A stretch of DNA of 36,651 nt from positions 1-36,651 of the forward strand of contig CBDCEW010000072.1 in the NCBI GenBank assembly GCA_965215885.1. Reading direction: 5' to 3'. The notes under the pieces are model-generated. The model saw only the letters and a list, made by a program, of their open reading frames with translations. It made no database searches and had not been told where the DNA came from. This DNA comes from Candidatus Moanibacter sp. GTDB lineage: Bacteria > Verrucomicrobiota > Verrucomicrobiia > Opitutales > UBA2987. The translations under genes were made by a program, and so were the position numbers. Positions 1-9,641 of the stretch are shown here, piece after piece (positions within the stretch are counted from its first letter, which is position 1; each line of letters starts with the position of its first letter).

Positions 1-1
1 A

Positions 2-202
2 GTGGGCAAAGAGGCGGATCTCGTGATCATGGATGCGCCCTCTGGATCGGCATTCGATACTGCGATTGAAGCTATGCAGGGAGGCGATTTACCGGGCATC
101 TCCGCTGTCCTGATCGATGGTGAGATCTGCGCCCTTCGCAGCCGCAACACTCCCCTTGCGACACGGCTTTGCGAGGTGGTTGGCAGTCCAAGTAAGAACT
201 AG
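2..202 (+). CDS. C-terminal end of a metal-dependent amidohydrolase (enamidase-like), 5' part outside window
   Basis: GKEADLVIMD beta-sandwich motif followed by GDLPGISAVLIDG...SRNTP, resembling enamidase C-termini. Confidence 0.7.
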   Translation: MGKEADLVIMDAPSGSAFDTAIEAMQGGDLPGISAVLIDGEICALRSRNTPLATRLCEVVGSPSKN

Positions 203-219
203 CGATTCGTGAGGAAATA

Positions 220-346
220 TCGTTCTCGTAATCGTGCTCGTCCTCGTTCTCGAAATTAGAGGGATGCCCGCTAAACACGCGAAAATTCGCGAAAGCGGGA
301 CATGTAGGTTACCGAATCACGAGGACGAGCACGATTACGAGAACGA
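220..346. repeat. Perfect 28-bp inverted repeat built from CGA-periodic hexamers
   Basis: TCGTTCTCGTAATCGTGCTCGTCCTCGT (220-247) is the exact reverse complement of ACGAGGACGAGCACGATTACGAGAACGA (319-346). Confidence 0.9.
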
Positions 347-428
347 ATTGTAGGATACAGCGGATCGGTAAAGATTACTTCGGTTGATTTGTAGACGTTC
401 TTTCAGCGTGAAACCGGCTTGGAAAGAA

Positions 429-510
429 ACCACCCCTGGCCCCTCCCAGAGGGAGAACTTGAAGGATAAATCCCGATGCGAAAAGGTCCCCTCCTCGGAA
501 AGGGAGGGTG
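429..510. repeat. Degenerate CCCCTCC...GGGAGGG palindromic repeat (MITE/REP-like)
   Basis: ACCACCCCTGGCCCCTCCCAGAGGGAG ... GTCCCCTCCTCGGAAAGGGAGGGTG. Confidence 0.5.
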
Positions 511-520
511 ACGCCGGGTT

Positions 521-585
521 CGAAAAGCCTCCGCTTTCCGCTACGTTTCGACTCAATGTGTGTAGCGGAAAGCGGAAGCTTTTCG
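521..585. repeat. GTAG-family REP doublet, copy 1 of 3
   Basis: CGAAAAGCCTCCGCTTTCCGCTAC ... GTAGCGGAAAGCGGAAGCTTTTCG; similar copies at 3359-3423 and 29508-29572. Confidence 0.85.
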
Positions 586-704
586 TTCTGCAACGGCTGC
601 AATCTCAAACCTGCCGTATAGTAGGAATTGATCCGGCAAGGAGCCAGCAAGGGGCCCCACTGTATTGAATATTTTAGAGTTCTTTCCTTTGTCGACACTG
701 CTGT

Positions 705-737
705 CGAGAACGAGTACGAGCACAACGACGAGAACGA
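705..737. repeat. CGA-periodic hexamer tract
   Basis: CGAGAA CGAGTA CGAGCA CAACGA CGAGAA CGA. Confidence 0.75.
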
Positions 738-750
738 ATGAAGAGCCCAA

Positions 751-1961
751 TCAGTATCGCACAGGAAGAGATTTCAGACCCCGAAAGACGAACGATTCCC
801 TGTACAGGGGTTCTTCGAGATCGAGCTGAATGTCAGGAAAGCGCCTGAGGATGGTGTAAAATGAAATCTGGAGTTCGAGGCGGGCCAGGGGGGCGCCGAT
901 ACAGAAATGGGTGCCTCCGCCGAAACCGAGGTGTGGATTGTCCTGACGGGTGATATCGAAGGTGTCGGGGTTCGGAAATCGTGCTGGGTCGCGGTTGGCG
1001 CATCCATAAAGAAAGGCTACTCGCGAACCTCTCTCAAAAAGATGGTTCTTGTATTCAATATCTTCCAGCACCCAGCGTTTAAAGACTGCCAGAGGAGATT
1101 CGTAGCGGAGGATCTCTTCAACGGCGGTCTTAATCAGTGAAGGGTTGTTCTGTAGTTTCCGCATCTCTTCGGGATGTTGGAAGAGAGCCAGCATTCCGTT
1201 ACCGGTAGCATGAACAGTGGCTTCGTGCCCGGCATTGAGAAGGAGGATACAGGTGGAGATAAGCTCCTCCCTGCTGAGCCGCTCTCCTTCTTCTTCGACA
1301 GCGGCCAGCGCGCTGATGAGGTCATCTTTGGGATCGAGGCGCCGCTGATTTGCCAGGTCATCTAAGTAATCGGAAAAGCGATTGTAGCCTCCTCGGCATG
1401 TTCTTCGTCACTTTTTGAGTGGCCGAATTCATACATCCTCACAATGTCCCGGGACCAGGGACGCAGATGCATCCGGTCTTTTTCAGGAATACCGAGCAAT
1501 TCCGCGATTACGGAAACGGGCAGAATCGTGGCAAAATCCTCGAGTAAATCCATATGGCCACGGCTCTCGACACGATCGAGTAATCCGTCGGTCAATTGCT
1601 GAACCTTAGCGCGCAAATCCTTTACCCGTCGGGGCGTGAAGACCTTATGGACGAGTTTTCTGAGGCGGGTATGATCAGGGCCTTCTTTCTCCAGGAACGA
1701 GCTGTCTACATAATTGGCGAATGCCGGATATTTCCCTATTCGCTCCTTCCAGCTTGAATATTCCGGCGTTGTCGCGACTGGTATGTCGCGACCCAAGCGC
1801 TTGTCCTTCAGAAGGTTACTGATATCCTCGAAGGTGGTGAGCATCCACAGTTTCCAATGGTCGTCGTAGAAAATCGGGTTGGTGCGACGTAACCGGTCGT
1901 AGACGGGGTAGGGGTTGGCGATGAACTCAGGATCCTGAGGATTGATTTCGGGCACGGCCAT
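751..1961 (-). CDS. Cytochrome P450, split by one frameshift at ~1374-1377 (pseudogene or sequencing error)
   Basis: N-terminal NPYPVYDRLR and HTRLRKLV; I-helix LLNAGHEAT (read in the frame of the 751-1194 ORF), EEILR, heme motif FGGGTHFCIG; adding one T to the TTTT run joins the frames. Confidence 0.9.
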
Positions 1962-2572
1962 CCGGAAGTAATCTGGGTGAGAAAACGGTGAACGGCACTC
2001 CTAATCAGGTCAGAGCGCTACGGATTATCCGCATTACTGCTCGAGGCAAGATCTGACGCTTCGGAACGAAGACCTGGAACCGATATTCGATCTTGAGGCT
2101 CTACCGTTCACCAACCCTAAGTTATGAGGTGTTTGAATTATTTCAAGAACACATTACATATTCTTGGTTATGTGCGGCGTGATTGGAGGCGGTTTCACCT
2201 GCTCAGCGAGGAACGATGGGATGTCACCCGGTGGAATTAGATTCGTAAAGAGTTTGCCCTCTGATGCAGTGGCCATCCCACTGTTCCTTGCGGTGATCGA
2301 TAGACGACAGACGAAAACTCAGCCGAGTTACTCTTCGTTCAGTGAAGCGAATGTCACTGGCAAGCAGAGTGGTATGGGGCGAAGCCCACAGTGGGAAAAG
2401 TCCTAATAAGGAGCTCTCAAGCGCTAGGTCTCGCTCCTAACTTCGCCTACTGGTTAAGATGGGCATGCCGGTGCGGGTACTTCGAATTGGCTCGGTGCAG
2501 GCTGTGGAAATATCGTTCAAGCCTACAGCCCGCTTACTTTCCATAACCACGGTTTCCGGAATAAGCGAATAT

Positions 2573-3172
2573 CTACTTGTAGGTTTTCAGTATCTCCGCT
2601 TTCTCATTGAAGAGTACGGCCAGTATCTGCGGGTCATCGAGTATCAATCCCGAAACAAAGAAATCGTAGATATTCCCTCTCACCAACATCGAGAACATAT
2701 TTCCGATTTGGGCATCACCGTATTTTACGACGCCGAATCGGGACCTTTCTCCACATTTGAAGATTGTATTGTCTTCGGCGATGTTCCATTCCGAATCGAC
2801 AATGTTCATTCCTGCGATTCCGCTCGACCAACCAATCGCGTAACTGGTAAGGGCATCGGATTTTTTAGGTTCGTGGGTTATGGTCACGGAAATGTAGGGC
2901 TGATTCTCAGCCGGATGAGAATACTCATAGGTTAATTCTGTACTCCTGTCGAAAAATCTGACTTTATTGAAACTCTCGTATTCGGTGTTGTATTCAAGGT
3001 CCTCGAAATAGGGCTCCAGATCATGAAACGTTACGATGAGGTTTTTTTCTTCTTCCGATACTGGTTCGTCGGCAGCGGTATAAATGAAGAGCGCGACAGA
3101 AACCAGAAGGACCATTATCGATCCAAAAATATAGGCGAGACTGATAAGAGTTATCTTTAACCAGTTTGGCAT
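2573..3172 (-). CDS. Hypothetical protein with one N-terminal transmembrane helix
   Basis: ATG at 3172 preceded by AGAGG; hydrophobic LISLAYIFGSIMVLLVSVALFIY followed by an acidic soluble domain. Confidence 0.65.
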   Translation of the reverse strand: MPNWLKITLISLAYIFGSIMVLLVSVALFIYTAADEPVSEEEKNLIVTFHDLEPYFEDLEYNTEYESFNKVRFFDRSTELTYEYSHPAENQPYISVTITHEPKKSDALTSYAIGWSSGIAGMNIVDSEWNIAEDNTIFKCGERSRFGVVKYGDAQIGNMFSMLVRGNIYDFFVSGLILDDPQILAVLFNEKAEILKTYK

Positions 3173-3358
3173 TATTTCGGTTGCCTCTATAATCGGTGAG
3201 GTGGTCGTCTGCGTTGACCGATCTGTCCAGCGTATAGTAAGTCGAGACTGTTGCAAATGACTTTATCAGCGCTTTTTGAGGTTGGTCCTACTTGAAACTT
3301 CAATTCTGGAGTGGCCTGATGGGCGGTTTCTTATTTCACATTTTGATGGCAACACCAT

Positions 3359-3423
3359 CGAAAAGCTCCCGCTTTCCGCTACATGCTTCGACCTGAAAAG
3401 TAGCGGAATGCGGGAGCATTTCG
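3359..3423. repeat. GTAG-family REP doublet, copy 2 of 3
   Basis: CGAAAAGCTCCCGCTTTCCGCTAC ... GTAGCGGAATGCGGGAGCATTTCG. Confidence 0.85.
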
Positions 3424-3656
3424 TCCTCGAGAATGCCGAAATGTCACTCTTGTTTAATCGGGCGTCAGCATATAGGCACACAAGAACGGAAAGGACTCAA
3501 TAGGCTGCGGTTCAGCCTCTCGTCGGTCGGAATGAGATTCTGATTGATGAAAGAACAAGGGTTGAGTCATTAGGGTAGGGTGCTAAAAATGGTGGAATTC
3601 TTTAGGCTAAAAGTCGATTCATCGTTCAATCTATAGGAATTGATAGGAGATTTAAC

Positions 3657-3869
3657 TTGGTAATTCCCCGTAGCTTGCTACGGGGTCGCTGACTTTCTCA
3701 AGCATGATCGATCGTGCGCGGAGCGCCCGATCCACCCGTAGCAAGGATGTTAGTGGTGGGACGGCCCCTCCGGGAGCGTTCGTCTCAACTTCGAACATTG
3801 CATAGGCAATTAAGTTCCAAACGGCTAAAGAGTTAGATACCCCGCAGCTTGCTGCGGGGAGTATTCATT
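3657..3869 (+). mobile_element. Non-autonomous IS200/IS605-type element (PATE-like)
   Basis: Two near-identical 9-bp-stem, TT-loop hairpins, CCCCGTAGCTTGCTACGGGG (3666-3685) and CCCCGCAGCTTGCTGCGGGG (3840-3859), ending in TTCATT; no ORF inside; outer limits approximate. Confidence 0.6.
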
Positions 3870-3889
3870 TGAGAACTGAAGTAGGCGTA

Positions 3890-5734
3890 ATGAAAAAAGG
3901 CAACGGAAGTCGATTTAAGTTCAGCGAGGAGACGAAAGCGCGGCAGGAGCTGACACTCGTGGCGCTAGGTAAACGACCCGCGGATCTAATCATACGGTGC
4001 GCTAAGGTGCTCGATGTCTTCACACTCCTTTGGAAAAAGAATCAGGACATCGTGATAAAGGGGAACCGTATCGCCTGGGTGGGCGAAGCGGAGGCGTGGC
4101 GGGGTGAAGCGGGTGAAATCGTATCGGCATCAGGGGAGTGGGCCGTGCCAGGTTTCGGCGATTCGCACAAGCACATCGAGAGCGGTAATGTGGCGCCGGA
4201 ATTTGAAGCTGAACTGGTGATCCCTGGGGGCAATACCTGGACGGCCGAGGGTTCGCACGAGATGTGCAATGTGGTGGGCGAACACAATGTGGACTTCTGG
4301 TTCATCCCGGCTGCACACGGGAGCCCGTTGAAGATTTTCGTGGCGGTGGGTTCAGCAACGCCACCGACGGTATATGAGCACACGGCCGGGTATTATGGCT
4401 ACGAAGAGATGCGGGGCTTCCTGAAGCAAGACGCGCGGGTGGCGGGCCTCGGAGAAGTGATGGACTGGACGAGCGTCTGGGATCCGGAGGCGCCCGGTTA
4501 CCAGCGTCTCTGGGAAGTGATGCAGGCCACTTCGGATGCACGCGGGGTTCTGGAAGGCCATGGCATGGGTCTGGATGATTCGGACAGGGTGAGCGCTTAT
4601 GCGGCTGCAGGTCTTTCCAGCGACCACCACATTAAAACCGGAGAAGAAGGTATCTTGAAGCTCCGCAGTGGAGTGTTCATCGAACTGCCTCGGCATACTC
4701 TTTCGACGGTGATCCCGTATCTTTTGGAGCATGATATCAAGGACTGGTCTAACATCTCTATATGCACGGATGATCGCGACGCCCTGGAGGCGATACGGGA
4801 CGGAACGATGGATTATAACATCCGAACCGCGATCGAGGTTGGCGCGTCCGTGGAAGTAGCCTACGCGATGGCAACTTACTACCCGGCCCGGCACTGGCAT
4901 CTCGAACACCAGGTCGGCTCAATCGCGCCCGGCCGCTATGCTGACGTCGTGTTGATGAAAGATCTCGAGAGTGCAAAAGTTGGTCGCGTGTTCGTGAACG
5001 GAAAATTGGCGGCGGAAGATGGGAAGTACCTCCTGAATGTCCCGAAGATAGAATACCCGAAATGGGCCCGTAACAGTATACGGATCGGCCGGAAATTGAC
5101 GGGGGAAGATTTCGCCATTCGCGCGCCGGAAGGGAAGAGCGAAGTGAACGCGGCCCTTCTTGAGTTCTGGCATTTCGGGGAGGATTTCATTACAGAGAAA
5201 ATGATGGTCAGGGATGGAGGGGTTCATCCGGATATGGAGAGAGGGATCTCCAAAGTTGCGGTAGTGGACCGCTATCACAACAACGCCGGAGTGTCGAAAA
5301 TGCTCTGGAGGGGTGTGGGACCGCGCGATGCTGATTCCGCCCTCACCAGTTCGGTTTGTCACGACAATCACAACATCTGGGTGGTGGGTAACAGCGATCC
5401 AGCCATTGCCCTGGCAGTTAACACGATCGCGGAGATGGGTGGAGGCTGGGCACTCGTGAGACATGGCGAAGTGGTAGCGAAAATCAGGCTCGAGATCGGA
5501 AGCCTTATGTCACAGAGGCCGGCCAGGGAGATGGCGGCCGACATCGAGAATTTCTACGCGGTGGCTGATGAGATGGAGTGGATCGGCTACCAGCCGGGAA
5601 CGACGCGAGTGGATATGTCAAAGGCGTTTCTCACCTGCACGCCCTGGAAATGGGTGCTCGTGGCGCCTTGTAAAGAAGCACCCAATGGATTGGTCAATGT
5701 CACAAATGGCCAAACCCACCCCGTGGTCTGGTGA
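3890..5734 (+). CDS. Adenine deaminase-like amidohydrolase (Ade/AdeC family)
   Basis: PGFGDSHKHIES, GLGEVMD, EGHG, CTDD, GSIAPGRYAD and SSVCHDNHN motifs; ATG at 3890 (TTG at 3869 is an alternative start). Confidence 0.85.
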   Translation: MKKGNGSRFKFSEETKARQELTLVALGKRPADLIIRCAKVLDVFTLLWKKNQDIVIKGNRIAWVGEAEAWRGEAGEIVSASGEWAVPGFGDSHKHIESGNVAPEFEAELVIPGGNTWTAEGSHEMCNVVGEHNVDFWFIPAAHGSPLKIFVAVGSATPPTVYEHTAGYYGYEEMRGFLKQDARVAGLGEVMDWTSVWDPEAPGYQRLWEVMQATSDARGVLEGHGMGLDDSDRVSAYAAAGLSSDHHIKTGEEGILKLRSGVFIELPRHTLSTVIPYLLEHDIKDWSNISICTDDRDALEAIRDGTMDYNIRTAIEVGASVEVAYAMATYYPARHWHLEHQVGSIAPGRYADVVLMKDLESAKVGRVFVNGKLAAEDGKYLLNVPKIEYPKWARNSIRIGRKLTGEDFAIRAPEGKSEVNAALLEFWHFGEDFITEKMMVRDGGVHPDMERGISKVAVVDRYHNNAGVSKMLWRGVGPRDADSALTSSVCHDNHNIWVVGNSDPAIALAVNTIAEMGGGWALVRHGEVVAKIRLEIGSLMSQRPAREMAADIENFYAVADEMEWIGYQPGTTRVDMSKAFLTCTPWKWVLVAPCKEAPNGLVNVTNGQTHPVVW

Positions 5735-6007
5735 TATTTTCGAGGTGGCAGCGTGTGTAGCGTGATGGCTATTCCCTTAGTTCGATGTTGGAAGCAAGTG
5801 GTCAAGCCTTAGCAGTGGCTGTTTTTCGGGGTCAGCCGCCTTAACAAATTGCCCGGATCTTGCGTAGGGCGGTTTGTAAGGCCTGACCCCTTCGGCGAAG
5901 CGGAAAACAGCCATTTCTTAAGGGCATGACCCCGAACGGCGAATAAATCTGCAAGAACTGTAAGACCATAATCCATCACGCTTAGCACGCTGCCACCTCG
6001 AAAATAT
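5734..6007. repeat. Element bounded by 35-bp inverted repeats (GTGG-type REP doublet)
   Basis: 5734-5768 vs reverse complement of 5973-6007: 32/35 identical. Confidence 0.8.
5812..5917. mobile_element. 106-bp MITE with TTA target duplication
   Basis: Ends GCAGTGGCTGTTTTTCG / CGGAAAACAGCCATTTC (14/17 inverted match); TTA at 5809-5811 and 5918-5920. Confidence 0.65.
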
Positions 6008-6010
6008 AGA

Positions 6011-6048
6011 CATCTCTCACCGCTCGCAAAAGCGAGCGGTGAGAGATG
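6011..6048. terminator. Perfect 17-bp hairpin between convergent genes (terminator- or REP-like)
   Basis: CATCTCTCACCGCTCGC-AAAA-GCGAGCGGTGAGAGATG; no U-tract. Confidence 0.5.
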
Positions 6049-6272
6049 GGGAGTGGGGGTGATTGTACATTGCAGCGGTTTCGACCGCCGACATCTTCCT
6101 AATCCCGGCATGCCGGGAGCGACATAGTGGGTAATCAATCCAACCGTGCGTAGGTTTTTCTATCGCGGGATAAACCCGCTCCTACAATCCCTCGCGGGTG
6201 TTCGTGTTGTGATTTTGAACTCGTGAAACCGCAAGGCTGTTGGAGAGGCTTTATGCTTCGATGCGATCTACA

Positions 6273-7230
6273 TCACAATAGAGTAATCATAAGGCGGAGG
6301 AATTTTCGACTCGATGTGCCGATGGATTCTTTGAGGCGGACTGTAACGGTTTCCGTACCGTCGAGGTTGTCGACGGGTGTGCCAATATGCTCGACTAGAT
6401 TGCTTCCCGAATCCCAGCTGCCCGCGCTGAGATCCGGGGAGACTTCAACTGTATACTGCAACCCTCCAATTATGTAGTCGACGCCCACTGTGCCGGTCCC
6501 GCCGGTGCGCTGGCGATAGGTTAGTTGTAGGAACTCCGCCGATTCGGAAACTACAGGCAGAAATTCGACGGAAGAGAGAGTGGGAGCTGTGCCCAGAACG
6601 AGCTCTATTCCGTTAGGCATTCCATCGCCGACGGGATCGGCGGTAAAACCGCTCACGTTGTCATCGGTCAGGTCGCTCCCGGAGAAGAAGAGGGTCTTCC
6701 AGAAATCGAATCTGAGAGGTATTGGAACTTTCGAGGAAGTGACGTTTTCCGCGTATTCGAGTGCGATCGGAATGTCGTTGGCGGCGTCCTCGCCGGTGCT
6801 CGACGTCTCCGTTACATGAGTTACCGATAAATTGGAAGGATATTGAGCAGAGGCGTCAGAAGTGAGAAGGGTAGCGGCAAAGAAAGTCTTGGAGCTGCCG
6901 AAAGCGAGTTGGGCATCGGCCGTGTCGTCCGGAATGGAGAAAGATTGTTCCCCGGATGGGTCGAGCGATAGGGTGTTGAAATTGGCTACAAGAGATTCGT
7001 CGGCAGGATCAAAGACTCCATCGCCGTCGTCGAGGTAGATACGCAGTTCATCGATCAGGGCGTTGGCCTCAGTCGAGTTTAAAGCCCTGCTGCCCCCATC
7101 GTCCGTCTCGAACATTAATTGCAGTGATGCGAGCTCGACGTCGGTATCTCCATTCCGTCCGCGGTGGTCCATGACGATCTTAAGGACGTCGTCAAGGGCA
7201 TCCTGTTCGATTGATGTTGGCGCTGTATTA
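6273..7230 (-). pseudogene. 3' remnant of a large secreted/surface protein, truncated by IS1380
   Basis: Frame stays open upstream of ATG 7172 (TAPTSIEQDALDDVLKIV) up to the IS end; acidic, S/T-rich; C-terminal DPVGDGMPNGIELVLGT, YTVEVSPDL..W, KFLRL domain typical of verrucomicrobial extracellular proteins. Confidence 0.7.
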
Positions 7231-9082
7231 GACCTCGAACAAGTGTGATTGGAATATACCTAACGCAATAAAAAGCTCGAAACGCGCTTAGATACTGGGA
7301 AAACTGTTAATCGACCAAAAAAACCACCCAGAAAAAAAGGACGTTTCGAGTGAAAAGAAGATACCGCAAGAACCTCCACAATAGCAAGAGAAGAATAAAG
7401 CATCGGCTTAGAAATCGGGGCTGGCCTGAACAGGCCAAACCGATGTTCAAAGCGAGCAACATCCACTACGAGACGGCCGAACGAGGCAAAGGGGTGAGTT
7501 GTGGAGGGATAGGAGCGATTCACCTGATGGTGAAGAGACTGGGGTTGGTGGAAGAGCTCGACCAGAGCGTGCAGTTGCTCAAGCGCCACCTGCCGTATCA
7601 TGAGAGTGATCATGTGCTCAACATAGCCTACAACGCATTATTGGGAGGGATCCGGCTCGAAGACATCGAATTGCGCCGCAAGGACGAGGTTTTTCTGAAT
7701 GCCTTAGGAGCGCAGAGGATACCGGATCCGACGACCAGTGGAGACTTCACCCGACGCTTTGATGAAGGCGCGATCGAAAAATTGATGGAAGGGATCAACC
7801 GGATACGGCAAGGGGTGTGGAACAAGCAGGCAAAAGGATTCATGGAGGAGGCGTTCATCGATGTGGACGGGACGATAGCGCAGACGAGAGGGAAGTGCAA
7901 AGGGGGTATGGGAATAAGCTATAAGGGGATCTGGGGCTATGCACCGCTGATCGTGAGTTTGGCAAATACCAGGGAAGTGCTCTACATGGTGAATCGACCG
8001 GGCAATGAGACTAGCCATGAGGGATGCGTAAAGTGGATTGATCGGGCGGTGGAACTTGTGCGTGCGCATGCGGGGAAAATCTGCTTGCGAGGGGATACGG
8101 ACTTTTCGTTGACAGAAAACTTCGATCGGTGGGATGAAGAAGGAACGGGATTTATCTTCGGAATGGATGCGCATCCCAAAGTGGTGGGACTGGCCGAGGA
8201 GTTCAGAGAGACGGCCTGGAGCGAACTGGAGCGGTTGCCCAAGCATGAAATAGCGACCGAATCGAGAGCTAAAGCGCCGCGAGTGAAGGAAGGGATCGTG
8301 CACCAGAAGGGTTTTGAAAACAAGGTGCTGGAGGCAGAAAGTGTGGCCGAGTTGGACTATCGGCCCAACAAGTGCAAAAAGACCTATCGGATGGTGGTGG
8401 TGCGTAAGAACATCAGTGTGCAAAAGGGCGAAGTAGTGCTCTTTGATGAGATCCGCTACTTTTTTTATATCACAAATCGTAGGGACCTGACTAAGGAGCA
8501 GGTGGTCGCCTTTGCGAATCAACGCTGCGATCAGGAGAACGTTATTGAGCAACTCAAAAACGGGGTTAATGCGATGCGTATGCCCGTGGATGATCTTTTG
8601 AGCAATTGGGCCTATATGGTAATGACAGCATTGGCCTGGAACCTGAAGGCGTGGTATGGATTACTCATGCCCAACCGCCAGCGGGGGTTGGAGATCGTGA
8701 AGATGGAGTTTCGGCGCTTCCTTCACGCCATCATCTTGCTCCCCGCGCAAATCATCCGAAGCGGGCGCCGAATTGTTTATCGGCTTTTAAGCTGGAACGA
8801 GTGGATGGGAGATTTTATCAGCACCTGGGAGCGATTCCGATCTATGTCGCCTGGGTAGCAGATCAAGTAACCGCGAACGCACAGCCACAACGGAAGGACT
8901 GTCGGCGTATCCAAAAAAGGGGACAGAACTAACGTTAAAACAGAACGGATATGACTCAAAAAAAGCAAAACATGAAACCAGCCCAAGGGTGGCGGCGGCA
9001 AAACTACCGCCAGCATGGCAAATAACGTTAGGAATAACGAAGTTTCCTGTTCAACCTTTAAACGCGCCTATTTTAGGACTAG
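7228..9082 (+). mobile_element. IS1380-family insertion sequence
   Basis: Imperfect inverted ends TTAGACCTCGAACAAG / CCTATTTTAGGACTAG coinciding with the truncation points of both flanking genes. Confidence 0.8.
7350..8858 (+). CDS. IS1380-family DDE transposase
   Basis: IDVDGT, GYAPL, RPGN, LRGDTDF, R..QEN.IEQLK and NWAYM motifs. Confidence 0.9.
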   Translation: MKRRYRKNLHNSKRRIKHRLRNRGWPEQAKPMFKASNIHYETAERGKGVSCGGIGAIHLMVKRLGLVEELDQSVQLLKRHLPYHESDHVLNIAYNALLGGIRLEDIELRRKDEVFLNALGAQRIPDPTTSGDFTRRFDEGAIEKLMEGINRIRQGVWNKQAKGFMEEAFIDVDGTIAQTRGKCKGGMGISYKGIWGYAPLIVSLANTREVLYMVNRPGNETSHEGCVKWIDRAVELVRAHAGKICLRGDTDFSLTENFDRWDEEGTGFIFGMDAHPKVVGLAEEFRETAWSELERLPKHEIATESRAKAPRVKEGIVHQKGFENKVLEAESVAELDYRPNKCKKTYRMVVVRKNISVQKGEVVLFDEIRYFFYITNRRDLTKEQVVAFANQRCDQENVIEQLKNGVNAMRMPVDDLLSNWAYMVMTALAWNLKAWYGLLMPNRQRGLEIVKMEFRRFLHAIILLPAQIIRSGRRIVYRLLSWNEWMGDFISTWERFRSMSPG

Positions 9083-9633
9083 GGTCCACGCTTGAGTGCG
9101 CAGCCTGCCTTGACATCGCCGAAGTAAAGCAACTTCTCGACGAAGAAATTGCGGCGAAACACAAAGAGAAACTCGCAGAAATTTTCAGAATGCTGATGGG
9201 CCTTCAAGACTCCTGGTCCCAACAGATAGTACGAGAAAATGGAGTCGCGTACGGCGCGGATACAACCTCGCCATCGGAGCGGTCGGGGTTTCACCACGAG
9301 CAACTCGACGTCTATGTAGTTGCTATTGAAGTGATTCGATGGTTCTACGAATCGGAGTTTTCGTCGAATTTGCCGGTACGATTATATCGCAAATTGGATG
9401 CGTTCACTACAAGTATCGTACTCAACATAGCGGAAGGTAATGGTCGTTACACAGAAGAGGATCAGCGAAGCTTTCTTCAGACTGCTCACCAGTCAACGAT
9501 CAAACTGGCGACTCAACTGGATCTCTGTGTCATTAAGGGCCTCCTTCGTTCGAAGGATGCCGACGTGGGGAAAAGCCTGATCTTCAGAGTTGCAAGTATG
9601 ACAACAGCAATGATTAGGGGTAAACGAATTTAA
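9079..9633 (+). pseudogene. Tandem four-helix-bundle protein (TIGR02436/IVP-like), 5'-truncated by IS1380
   Basis: Domain 1 remnant GSTLECAACLD, linker VRENGVAY, complete domain 2 FHHEQLDVY...SIVLNIAEGNGR...FLQTA. Confidence 0.8.
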
Positions 9634-9641
9634 AGGAGAAT

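Noticed and set aside
2164..2570. Small ORFs, a second attC or a structured RNA
   Set aside because: Only weak imperfect complementarity (~2260-2369); no convincing R/L box arrangement or protein motif
8989..9078. N-terminus of the 214-aa ORF in the track
   Set aside because: Lies within the IS1380 right end; the ORF is a chimera of IS sequence and a truncated gene
9079..9633. Diversity-generating retroelement (Avd-like gene) or 23S rRNA intervening sequence
   Set aside because: No reverse transcriptase, no TR/VR pair with adenine-specific mismatches and no rRNA sequence in the window
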